A stretch of 64,000 nt of DNA, taken from assembly GCA_965223265.1 (NCBI GenBank), contig OZ244999.1, positions 2,372,957-2,436,956 of the forward strand, in the 5' to 3' direction. This document shows positions 1 through 7,882 of the stretch, piece after piece. The DNA comes from Planctomycetota bacterium. Lineage in GTDB: Bacteria > Planctomycetota > UBA8108 > SXIK01. The notes beneath the pieces are model-generated. The model was not told where the DNA came from, made no database searches, and worked only from the letters and a program-made list of their open reading frames with translations. The position numbers were made by a program, and so were the translations under genes. How positions within the stretch are numbered: the first letter of the stretch is position 1; each line of letters begins with the position of its first letter.

Positions 1-266
1 GAAGTGAGCGGCTTAGGGTCTTCGCGGCGGGCAACGTGATTGTTGGGTTCTATCGATCTGCGTTCTTGCGGGCACGCAAGAGCTTTCGCAGTTGACGAGC
101 GATTCGAAGCGAGTTGTGCGAGGCTACTTTCGCACTGGTGGCTGTCGCCTGATGCGTAAAGCAAGAAGCGCTCCACGGCACTTCGTACTTGCGTGGTTCG
201 TTCACTCTTGCTTGCAGTGTTTCTCTATCGCGTCGTTGTTCTTGTTGGGTACGAAATCGGGGAAGT

Positions 267-1715
267 ATGAAAATGAAACGACAAACGGTGATCGCGATCG
301 GACTGGTGGTGCTTCTTTCGCACGCTGTCCATGCCGATGGTTTTGTCTTTGCAGATCCGGTGCTCTATCCGCTCGGACCGAACGGAACCGCACCGCACCG
401 AATGGCCTCGGGCGATCTGGATAACGACGGAAATCCAGATCTGGCGATAGGAAACAGCGGTGGTGGTCGGATTACAGTTTTGTGGAACGACGGCGCGGGA
501 AGATTTACTGATCCACCGGCCGAGCTGAATGCGGCAATTCCAGAAGTGCGTCCAGTAGCAATTGGCGACATCGATAACGATGGAGACAACGATATCGTCA
601 CCGTGGGCAACGTCGCTACGGTCGTTGCGTTTCGAAACAACGGGAGTAGATCGTTCACTCGTCGGGCGAGCTCGATTGTGACTGGCCCAAACACTCCACA
701 CTCCATCGCCATCGGCAAGCTAGATGGAAATGCGCTCCCGGACATTGTCATCGGCTCCCAGAGCGGTGTGCTAGTGTGCTTCGGAATCGGCGGTCAGCGG
801 TTCGGCCCAGCGGTGTCTGAGTTCACCGGAAGGGCAGACTACGTGAGTCTCGCTGACGTCGATGGCGCGAATGGCCTCGACATCGCAATCGGTAGCCCGT
901 TCTTTCTATCGACGGCTGAACCGCAGTTGTTGAAGAACAACGGTCAAGGAGGTTTCGCGGCGGCGGTGGATTTGTTTCCTTGGCCGGACAACGACGTCAA
1001 TAATCGTGGTACCGGCCACGTGGCTTTCCTATTCACCGGTATGACGGTCGATAAAGCCGCGGTCGGGAGCTTCGGGGGTGGAAACACGATTCGTATTTCG
1101 AATGTAGCGAGTCCTTTCAACCCTGACGATGTCACTGTCGCTGCGACGGTCAACCTCGAGGGACTCGTCGCCGCCGACCTCGATGATGACGGCGATATGG
1201 ACCTGGCAAGTAACTCATTCGCCGGCGGAACTGCTCGCGTCTTTATCGCCGAAAACGAAGGGGGAAACGCCTTTGCCGACACTGCCTGTGAAGTGACCTT
1301 GGGGGCGGGAGCTAGTTTCCCGCACTGGGTCGTTGCCGACGACTTCAATGGTGACGGTCAAGCGGACCTTGCGATCCCCAATCGGACCTCAGACAACGTG
1401 TCGGTACTACTCAACTGCGCCGGCAATCCCGCGGGGGAATGTGAAGCGTTTAGGAGGGGGGACGCGAACGCTGACGGCACTGTGAACGTTGCGGATCCAA
1501 ACTTCATCCTCAATTTTCTTTTTCAAAATGGGCCACCGCCTCCTTGCCGTGAGGCGGCTGACGCTAACGGCAGCGGCTCTGTCGATATTGCAGATCCAAC
1601 CTTTCTCCTGGGCTGGCTTTTTCAAAATACCGGCGTTCCTCCACCCGCTCCCGGTCCCTCACAGTGCGGGTTCTTTAATGGTGGGTTGGGCTGCGCCACC
1701 TACAACTCGTGTTAA
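267..1715 (+). CDS. Secreted FG-GAP/VCBS-repeat (integrin-alpha-like) protein with two C-terminal dockerin-like repeats
   Basis: Signal peptide MKMKRQTVIAIGLVVLLSHAVHA. Many D-x-D-x-D-G FG-GAP-like calcium-binding loops. The C-terminus reads GDANADGTVNVADPNFILNFLFQNGPPPPC...DANGSGSVDIADPTFLLGWLF. Confidence 0.75.
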   Translation: MKMKRQTVIAIGLVVLLSHAVHADGFVFADPVLYPLGPNGTAPHRMASGDLDNDGNPDLAIGNSGGGRITVLWNDGAGRFTDPPAELNAAIPEVRPVAIGDIDNDGDNDIVTVGNVATVVAFRNNGSRSFTRRASSIVTGPNTPHSIAIGKLDGNALPDIVIGSQSGVLVCFGIGGQRFGPAVSEFTGRADYVSLADVDGANGLDIAIGSPFFLSTAEPQLLKNNGQGGFAAAVDLFPWPDNDVNNRGTGHVAFLFTGMTVDKAAVGSFGGGNTIRISNVASPFNPDDVTVAATVNLEGLVAADLDDDGDMDLASNSFAGGTARVFIAENEGGNAFADTACEVTLGAGASFPHWVVADDFNGDGQADLAIPNRTSDNVSVLLNCAGNPAGECEAFRRGDANADGTVNVADPNFILNFLFQNGPPPPCREAADANGSGSVDIADPTFLLGWLFQNTGVPPPAPGPSQCGFFNGGLGCATYNSC

Positions 1716-1760
1716 CACGATTCCAAACAACGGTGAAGAGCGAAGAAGGAGAGGCTTAGC

Positions 1761-3209
1761 CTCGAGTTTGGCCATGGATTCTGGTCATGCAACGAGCCCC
1801 AATGCTGCGAACGCAGCCTGAAGGGTCTTTTGTCGCCCCCGAACAGAAGCCGGGGTGCGTCGAAAGTGCTCGTGGAGTGATTCGGCTCGTAGCGTATCGA
1901 CCATATCTTTAAACGAAGCAAAGCACTTACGTTCATACCAAGGGCGATTTGGGAATCGACATTTCTTATGACCGTGGGCGTTGAACCAAAGAATCACCAT
2001 GCTGTACAACAACGCACCGAAAGGCGCCGTGCGTTGCACGGCTTCGACGGTTCGATTCTGTGGATCTTCAAAGCCGAAGTGCCCCTTGGCGTTTTCGAAT
2101 GCGACCTCGATGCTCCATCGTCGCGAGTAGGTCTGAAGAATGGTCGTTGCGGACGCCTTGGTGTCGGTGGAATAGAACGCTTCGTCTTTGTTCACACCAC
2201 GAGGGTCGCGCACCACGACGACCTTGATGGGGCGGTAGTCGCTCTTGAGCCAGAGGCCTTCGGTCTCTTTGACGAGAACGCGACGCTTCGCCCCGTAGAG
2301 TCGAAGATTCAGCTTTTTCCATGGCCTTCTCGAAGACGCGATCTGTTTAGGACTCGGCAGACGCTTTCCTCTTCGCCGTGGACGCCCCGTACCCGCATAG
2401 CGCCGTGGCGGCGGAGCAAAGAGCGCGGCATCCATGACGATGCGGCTGGTGAGGTGAAACCGCTCGGGAAGATTTCTCAACACCGAACCACCGCCATACG
2501 CCGAATCGCCAACCAGCAGGAAACGCCTATTTGGGTGCCATTTGGCGATCATCTCGAGCATCTCCACTGCGAGCTCGGGACGTGTGCGATAGACGGTCTC
2601 TTCACGCCACCGCTGGCTCTTCGGTCTCGTCTTGGTGACGTAGAGTCGAAACGCGATCGGAAGACACCACGAGATTCCACGCGCGAACGGGAACTCGACG
2701 ATCACGCCGACGACCACCCAGTTGTGGCCCCAGCTCAGTCTCGCGAGCTTACGAGTCGACGCCAAAGCATCACGGTGCATACCACTGCCGAAGATGTGCT
2801 GCCCGCCTTTTTTGCAAAGCGTGTCGTCGACGACGAGGCGGACAACTCCACCCGGTGGAATCAGACGCAGCGCGAGCGACAGTACCAAGCGGCCAACTTC
2901 GTCGATCGACCACTGTGCGCGATTGAAAAATCGATGGAACGTCGAGTAGCTTTTCAGTTCTACCACACCTACACGCTGAATGAGCTCGGTAACCGTCCTT
3001 CGTCGCGTGCTCAGGACCCAGCCACCGGCGAGCAACTGGAAGTTCTCAAAACTCGACGGCGTCATCAGTGGAGCAAAGCTGGCCAAGAGGGACAGAAACG
3101 ACGATACTGGAGACACTCTTCACCTCCGTCCGATAATAGTGTTTTGCAACTTCGTTATCGGTAGCGGAGGTGTCTTTCTTTACCGGCCTATTCCATGGCC
3201 AAACTCGAG
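1761..3209. mobile_element. IS701-like (IS4-superfamily) insertion sequence with 18-bp perfect TIR and 5-bp TSD
   Basis: CTCGAGTTTGGCCATGGA at 1761-1778 is the exact reverse complement of 3192-3209. Direct repeat TTAGC flanks both ends at 1756-1760 and 3210-3214. The element carries one transposase ORF. Confidence 0.8.
1785..3116 (-). CDS. DDE transposase, IS701/IS4-superfamily-like
   Basis: 443-aa ORF filling the TIR-bounded element. N-terminal HTH-like region and DDE-type core (…VVDDT…LLVGDSAYGG…). Confidence 0.75.
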   Translation of the reverse strand: MSPVSSFLSLLASFAPLMTPSSFENFQLLAGGWVLSTRRRTVTELIQRVGVVELKSYSTFHRFFNRAQWSIDEVGRLVLSLALRLIPPGGVVRLVVDDTLCKKGGQHIFGSGMHRDALASTRKLARLSWGHNWVVVGVIVEFPFARGISWCLPIAFRLYVTKTRPKSQRWREETVYRTRPELAVEMLEMIAKWHPNRRFLLVGDSAYGGGSVLRNLPERFHLTSRIVMDAALFAPPPRRYAGTGRPRRRGKRLPSPKQIASSRRPWKKLNLRLYGAKRRVLVKETEGLWLKSDYRPIKVVVVRDPRGVNKDEAFYSTDTKASATTILQTYSRRWSIEVAFENAKGHFGFEDPQNRTVEAVQRTAPFGALLYSMVILWFNAHGHKKCRFPNRPWYERKCFASFKDMVDTLRAESLHEHFRRTPASVRGRQKTLQAAFAALGLVA

Positions 3210-3219
3210 TTAGCAGCCT

Positions 3220-3367
3220 GTTGAAAAAGTGCTTCGAGCCGAAAACTGGTCTCTTCGCGTCCAGATCGGCTGCGGCAAACGGAGGCAATCTTCGGGATTT
3301 TCGAGTATTGACGCGGTCGAGCTGGGCGTGAAGAGGCCAGTTTCTTCGGCCGAATGACTTTTTCAAC
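3220..3367. repeat. Palindromic REP-like element (30-bp inverted arms GTTGAAAAAGTGCTTCGAGCCGAAAACTGG / CCAGTTTCTTCGGCCGAATGACTTTTTCAAC)
   Basis: Inverted arms seen directly. A second copy lies at 19441-19510. Both sit 5 bp from an IS/MITE end. Confidence 0.6.
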
Positions 3368-3376
3368 GGGCTGTTA

Positions 3377-4218
3377 GGGTCTTCGCGGCGGGATCACCGT
3401 CGAGGACACCGAGCGCTTCGTGGACTACTGCCGAAAGCCGACGGACTTCCCGGCGATCGTGGAGCGGCTCACGAAGCTGTGGCAGGCAAAGCACCCGAAG
3501 CGAAAGGTGGGCGCCGTCCACTTCAAGCCGAGATCCCCCGGAGCGATCAACAAGCACCTCGACCGGCTGACCGAGTTCTTCCGGTTTGCCATCAATCTCG
3601 ACAGAGAAGGACGACTCGAAGAGGCCCTCGAAACCCTCGACACCATCGGAGACGACGACGAACAGATCGCCCTGCGTGCCAAGGTCGCAAGGCTCGGCAC
3701 GCTGAACAAGCTCGGGCGCTACGACGCTACGAAGCGCCTTGCCGAGGAGCTGCTGCTCGGTCTTCCCGAGGATGCGCCGGACGACCAGGTGGCCGCCGCT
3801 CACGCCAAGAATGGCGTCGCGCTCTGGAACGATACGCAAGACGCTGAATCCGCTCTCGCCTGTGCCTGGACGGCCTTCGAGCACAGGAAGGACGAACCAA
3901 CGGCACTCTGGCTGCGTCCGGGAAATCGACGGGGAGGTTTCCGAGTCCGCCAGATACCTGAGGATCTTGGTCGAAGGAAAGTGGGCGTGGGATGATGACG
4001 ATGGCCCGCTGGGCGTCTACACGTCCTACGACGTTGTGGCAGACAGCGTCGAGGAAGGATTGAGGTTGCTGAAACGTTTCGAGCCCCAGGAAGTCCGAGA
4101 CAGCGTTCGAGTAGAAGGCTGTGAGGATATCGAAGCTCGGCCCGACGAGCCCAAGGGCGTGTATCGGGTCACGGGCTACAACCTGTTCCCACTCGAAGGG
4201 GACGACGAGAGTGGCTGA
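3377..4218 (+). pseudogene. Hypothetical protein, apparent +1 frameshift near 3914-3918 (ORF 3420-3995 continues in ORF 3739-4218 frame)
   Basis: Frame 1 reads …TALWLRPGNRRGG (low complexity). Frame 2 continues as a protein-like sequence EIDGEVSESARYLRILVEGKWAWDDDDGPLGVY… to 4218. The N-terminal 60 aa are paralogous to the ORF at 10036-10200. Confidence 0.45.
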
Positions 4219-4444
4219 TAGACCCTTGTTTTTGCGAGCCCCAAACCGGCCAAAATACCGAGACGACCCTGGACTCGTGCAAGGCCATTCGGAGGCGCTG
4301 GCGGCGCAGCAACGTCTGGTACGCGAAGCGTCAAGAATATCCGGCGCGACAGAGTGATCGTTTGCCGGACCGCGATAGGGGAGCTACAGTTACCCTCTTG
4401 GCGCACATGTAGCGCGCGTAACATCGTCTTCGGTTCGTCTATAT

Positions 4445-5839
4445 ATGCTTCTCACCGTAACAAACAGAACACCAGTAGCGACGGATCTGGGATTCCTGCT
4501 GCACAAGAATCCCGCCCGGCGTCAGACGTTCAACCTCGCCTACGGCAAGGCGCACGTGTTCTATCCAGAAGCGTCTGAGTCCCGGTGCACCGCAGCACTG
4601 CTTCTGGACGTAGACCCCATCGGGTTGGTGCGGAACCGTCGGGGACCCGCTGGGGAAGGGTACACACTCGCCCAGTACGTCAACGACCGCCCCTACGTCG
4701 GCTCGTCACTTCTCAGCGTCGCCATCGCGCAGGTTTACGGAACTGCACTTCAGGGACGCAGCAAACAACGACAGGAACTCGCCGAACAGCCGCTCTCGCT
4801 TGCCGCACGGCTTGCCGTTCTTCCCTGTCGAGGTGGCGAGGTGTTTCTGCGAAAACTCTTTGAGCCGTTGGGCTACGAGGTCAGCGCGAAACGTCATGTA
4901 CTCGACGAGCAGTTCCCCGACTGGGGAGAGAGTTCTTACTTCACGGTGGACATCGAGGGCGAAGTCCGCCTCCAGGACCTTTTGAGCCACCTCTACGTGC
5001 TGATCCCGGTTCTCGACAACGACAAGCATTACTTCGTCTCCCAGGACGAAGTGGAGAAGCTGCTCAAACGCGGCGAAGGGTGGCTGGCATCGCACCCCGC
5101 ACGCGATGAGATCACGCGGCGATTCTTGAAACACCAGAAGGGGCTCGCGAGACAAGCCCTTGCGCGGTTGACGGAGGATTCCGACCCGGACGAAACGGAC
5201 GAAGTTCAAGCGCAGGAAGAAGCAGAAGTCGAGGAGACCATCAGTCTTAACGAGCAGCGCATGGGGTCGGTGGTAGCAGCCTTGCGAGGATGCGGTGCGA
5301 AAACCGTCATCGACTTGGGTTGCGGGGAGGGAAAGCTCCTCCAGGAGCTGTTCAAGGACCGCTCATTCGAGAAAGTTGTCGGGATGGATGTTTCCATTCG
5401 GGCGCTTGAGAAGGCACAAGCCAGACTTCGATGGGATCGTGTGCCCGACATTCAAAAGAACCGCATCGCTCTCTTCCAGGGCTCCCTGATGTACCGAGAC
5501 CGAAGGTTGGAAGGATTCGATGCTGCTGCCGTCGTTGAAGTCATCGAACATCTCGATCCGCCACGACTGGCTGCGTTCGAGCGCGTGGTCTTCGAGTTTG
5601 CCCGTCCCCACGCTGTTGTCGTGACCACACCGAAAGTCGAGTACAACGTCAAGTTCGAGACGCTTCCGGCGGGACGATTTCGCCACCGCGACCATCGGTT
5701 CGAGTGGACTCGAAGCGAATTCCAGGGCTGGGCAGAAAACGTGGCGGCTCGGTTCGGATATCGAGCACGGTTTTTCCCGGTCGGAACCGAGCTGGCAGAC
5801 GTGGGCTCTCCGACTCAGATGGCGGTGTTCGAGCGATGA
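4445..5839 (+). CDS. hen1: Bacterial Hen1, RNA 3'-terminal ribose 2'-O-methyltransferase (RNA-repair cassette partner of Pnkp)
   Basis: 464 aa. C-terminal class-I SAM methyltransferase domain with VIDLGCGEGKLL motif. Length and architecture match bacterial Hen1. Its stop overlaps the pnkp start (ATGA). Confidence 0.8.
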   Translation: MLLTVTNRTPVATDLGFLLHKNPARRQTFNLAYGKAHVFYPEASESRCTAALLLDVDPIGLVRNRRGPAGEGYTLAQYVNDRPYVGSSLLSVAIAQVYGTALQGRSKQRQELAEQPLSLAARLAVLPCRGGEVFLRKLFEPLGYEVSAKRHVLDEQFPDWGESSYFTVDIEGEVRLQDLLSHLYVLIPVLDNDKHYFVSQDEVEKLLKRGEGWLASHPARDEITRRFLKHQKGLARQALARLTEDSDPDETDEVQAQEEAEVEETISLNEQRMGSVVAALRGCGAKTVIDLGCGEGKLLQELFKDRSFEKVVGMDVSIRALEKAQARLRWDRVPDIQKNRIALFQGSLMYRDRRLEGFDAAAVVEVIEHLDPPRLAAFERVVFEFARPHAVVVTTPKVEYNVKFETLPAGRFRHRDHRFEWTRSEFQGWAENVAARFGYRARFFPVGTELADVGSPTQMAVFER

Positions 5840-6402
5840 AAGTCACGGTACCCGAGCTTTCTCTTGTCGTCCTGATAGGACCTTCGGGTTCAGGGAAGTC
5901 CACGTTTGCACGCAAGCATTTCTTGCCGACAGAGGTTCTGGGCTCGGACTTCTGTCGGGGGCTCATCTCGGACGATGAGAACGATCAAACCGTCACGGAT
6001 CATGCGTTCGAGCTGTTGCACTTTGTTGCAGCGAAGCGACTCACGAAGAAGCGGTTGACGGTAGTCGATGCGACGAATGTCTACCCGGAAGACCGGAAGA
6101 AGCTCGTCACTCTCGCTCGTCAGTTTCATGTGCTGCCTGTCGCCGTCGTCCTGAACTTGCCGGAAAGGCTTTGCCAGCAGCGAAACAAAGAGCGTCCCGA
6201 TCGTGACTTCGGTCCGCATGTCATCAATCAGCAGCGTCGTGCTCTCAGGAAGTCCCTCAGAACTCTGAAGAAGGAGGGCTTTCGCCACATCTTCGTCTTC
6301 AAGTCCCCGGAGGAAGTTGAGGAAGCCACCGTCGAGCGGGCGAAGCTATGGACTGACCGGCGTGACGAGCACGGACCATTCGACATCATCGGGGACGTTC
6401 AC

Positions 6403-7882
6403 ATGCGGCATCGGATAACACGCAAAGCTCTGTAGAGATGAAACTTACGGCGCCACATCAACGAAACACCTGACTCAAGAGTGGGCGTCTGTCAGTATGA
6501 GGGTCGACAATTTCGTGCAGGAAGGTGTCGACGAGTCCAGCGGCGAGGCGAGCGTCTCGGGGTGGTCGAACGACGAGGAGTTGAAGCTCCTGAGCATAGT
6601 TCGCCAGAAGCTTCCACCAACGCCCTGCAGCGACTCGCTCGGCACCGCTGCGGACTCGTGAGACAAGGTGGCGTAGAAGCTCTCGGCTGACGACAAGTGT
6701 CAGAATTGCACAGTAGATCATCGCTTCCACCACGTGGGGGCGCCGGCTCGTCAGCTGGTCCATTCGGTAGCCGGACTTTAGCTCCTTGAAGATGAGTTCG
6801 ATTTCCCAGCGATAGCGGTAGACGTTGGCGATCTCCTCAGCGATGAGATCGTCGTGTTCGACGTTGGTGACGTAGAGGTGATACTGGCCGTCGTCTTCGT
6901 TGCGGATGGCGACAAGTCGAAAACGCTCGTGAGCGCGACGCGCCCGGCCTCTGTGCTTGCGCGTTGCAAACGAGGCTTCGATCTCAACGTCGAGAGTTTC
7001 TCTTTTCAATCGAGGTAGGACGTCTTGAAGTCTCTCCCCCACGAGGGGGATCGAGTTGCCGCGAACACTGCGATGGATTTTGGTAATTGTCGGGTTGGCG
7101 TGTTGCTTCAATCGAGTCAGGAAGAAGCCACCGTTTTGCCTGATGCGATGGAAGAGCTGCCACTTGAAGTAGCCGAGATCGAAGAGAAGAAGACGGTCTC
7201 GAACCCACGGACCTGTGCGAAGCTTTCGCAGGTCCGCACTTCGCTCCGAAGTGAGAGCGACAGTCGAGCCTCCTTTGCCGCGCACACTGAGGACTGCATG
7301 AAGTTTCGCCGCAGCCGGCGCTGAGTTCGTTCGGCACCCTGGGAACGATCCGCTGAGCTTTTCGTGAAGCTTCATCACTGTGGAGTCAACGATGATCAAG
7401 TCCGTAAACTTTCCTACGCGCTCCTCGATTTCAGTCCACGATGCCTGAAAGGTTGCCAACGATCGCTTCACCGCAGCTTTCAGAAAGCGCACAAGACTGG
7501 CGTCGAAACGATCGTAGAACGAGGACGGAACAACGGTCGACGACGTCGAGCGTTCGTAGGCTCGACGCAGCGCAGAGATCGTCCGCTCCGATCCAACCCC
7601 AAAGCCCAGGACTAGCGTCCAAAAGAACGGAACCGCCTTGATCTTTCGCTCGCGGATCACAAAACCACTCGCTCGAGACTCATCGCGGATCAACTTGTCG
7701 GGAAAGAGGCTCTTGAGACAGGATCGTAGTTCGATACACTTCCTTGTGGCCATGATCTCTTCACTCCGTTTCTGTGGTTAGTCACGAAGTGTCCGAGATT
7801 TTGGCCTCTTTTTCTATACACTCGCGGCGCTCGTGTCGTAAGCGATGACTGCGATGGAGTTTACGGCTAACCGATCACGCAT
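6403..7882. mobile_element. IS4-family insertion sequence (1480 bp) with 12-bp TSD GGGGACGTTCAC
   Basis: Identical 12-mer at 6391-6402 and 7883-7894 flanks the element. Imperfect terminal inverted repeats ATGCGGCATCGGATAACACG / ATGCGTGATCGGTTAGCCGT. Single transposase ORF. Confidence 0.8.
6458..7753 (-). CDS. IS4-family DDE transposase
   Basis: 431 aa. C-terminal YRYRWEIELIFKELK matches the IS4-family Y-2-R-3-E-6-K signature. Confidence 0.8.
   Translation of the reverse strand: MATRKCIELRSCLKSLFPDKLIRDESRASGFVIRERKIKAVPFFWTLVLGFGVGSERTISALRRAYERSTSSTVVPSSFYDRFDASLVRFLKAAVKRSLATFQASWTEIEERVGKFTDLIIVDSTVMKLHEKLSGSFPGCRTNSAPAAAKLHAVLSVRGKGGSTVALTSERSADLRKLRTGPWVRDRLLLFDLGYFKWQLFHRIRQNGGFFLTRLKQHANPTITKIHRSVRGNSIPLVGERLQDVLPRLKRETLDVEIEASFATRKHRGRARRAHERFRLVAIRNEDDGQYHLYVTNVEHDDLIAEEIANVYRYRWEIELIFKELKSGYRMDQLTSRRPHVVEAMIYCAILTLVVSRELLRHLVSRVRSGAERVAAGRWWKLLANYAQELQLLVVRPPRDARLAAGLVDTFLHEIVDPHTDRRPLLSQVFR

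Noticed and set aside
3420-3600. Tyrosine-integrase N-terminal (SAM-like) domain assignment for the 3377/10036 paralogs, based on …AINKHLDRLTEFFRFAI
   Set aside because: The resemblance is a short motif only. No catalytic R…HxxR…Y domain follows in either copy, so an integrase call is not supportable.
6391-6435. Treating 5836-6435 as a complete short kinase gene
   Set aside because: The ORF runs past the TSD into IS DNA before the stop. The downstream fragment continues the same protein, so it is a disrupted pnkp, not a standalone kinase.
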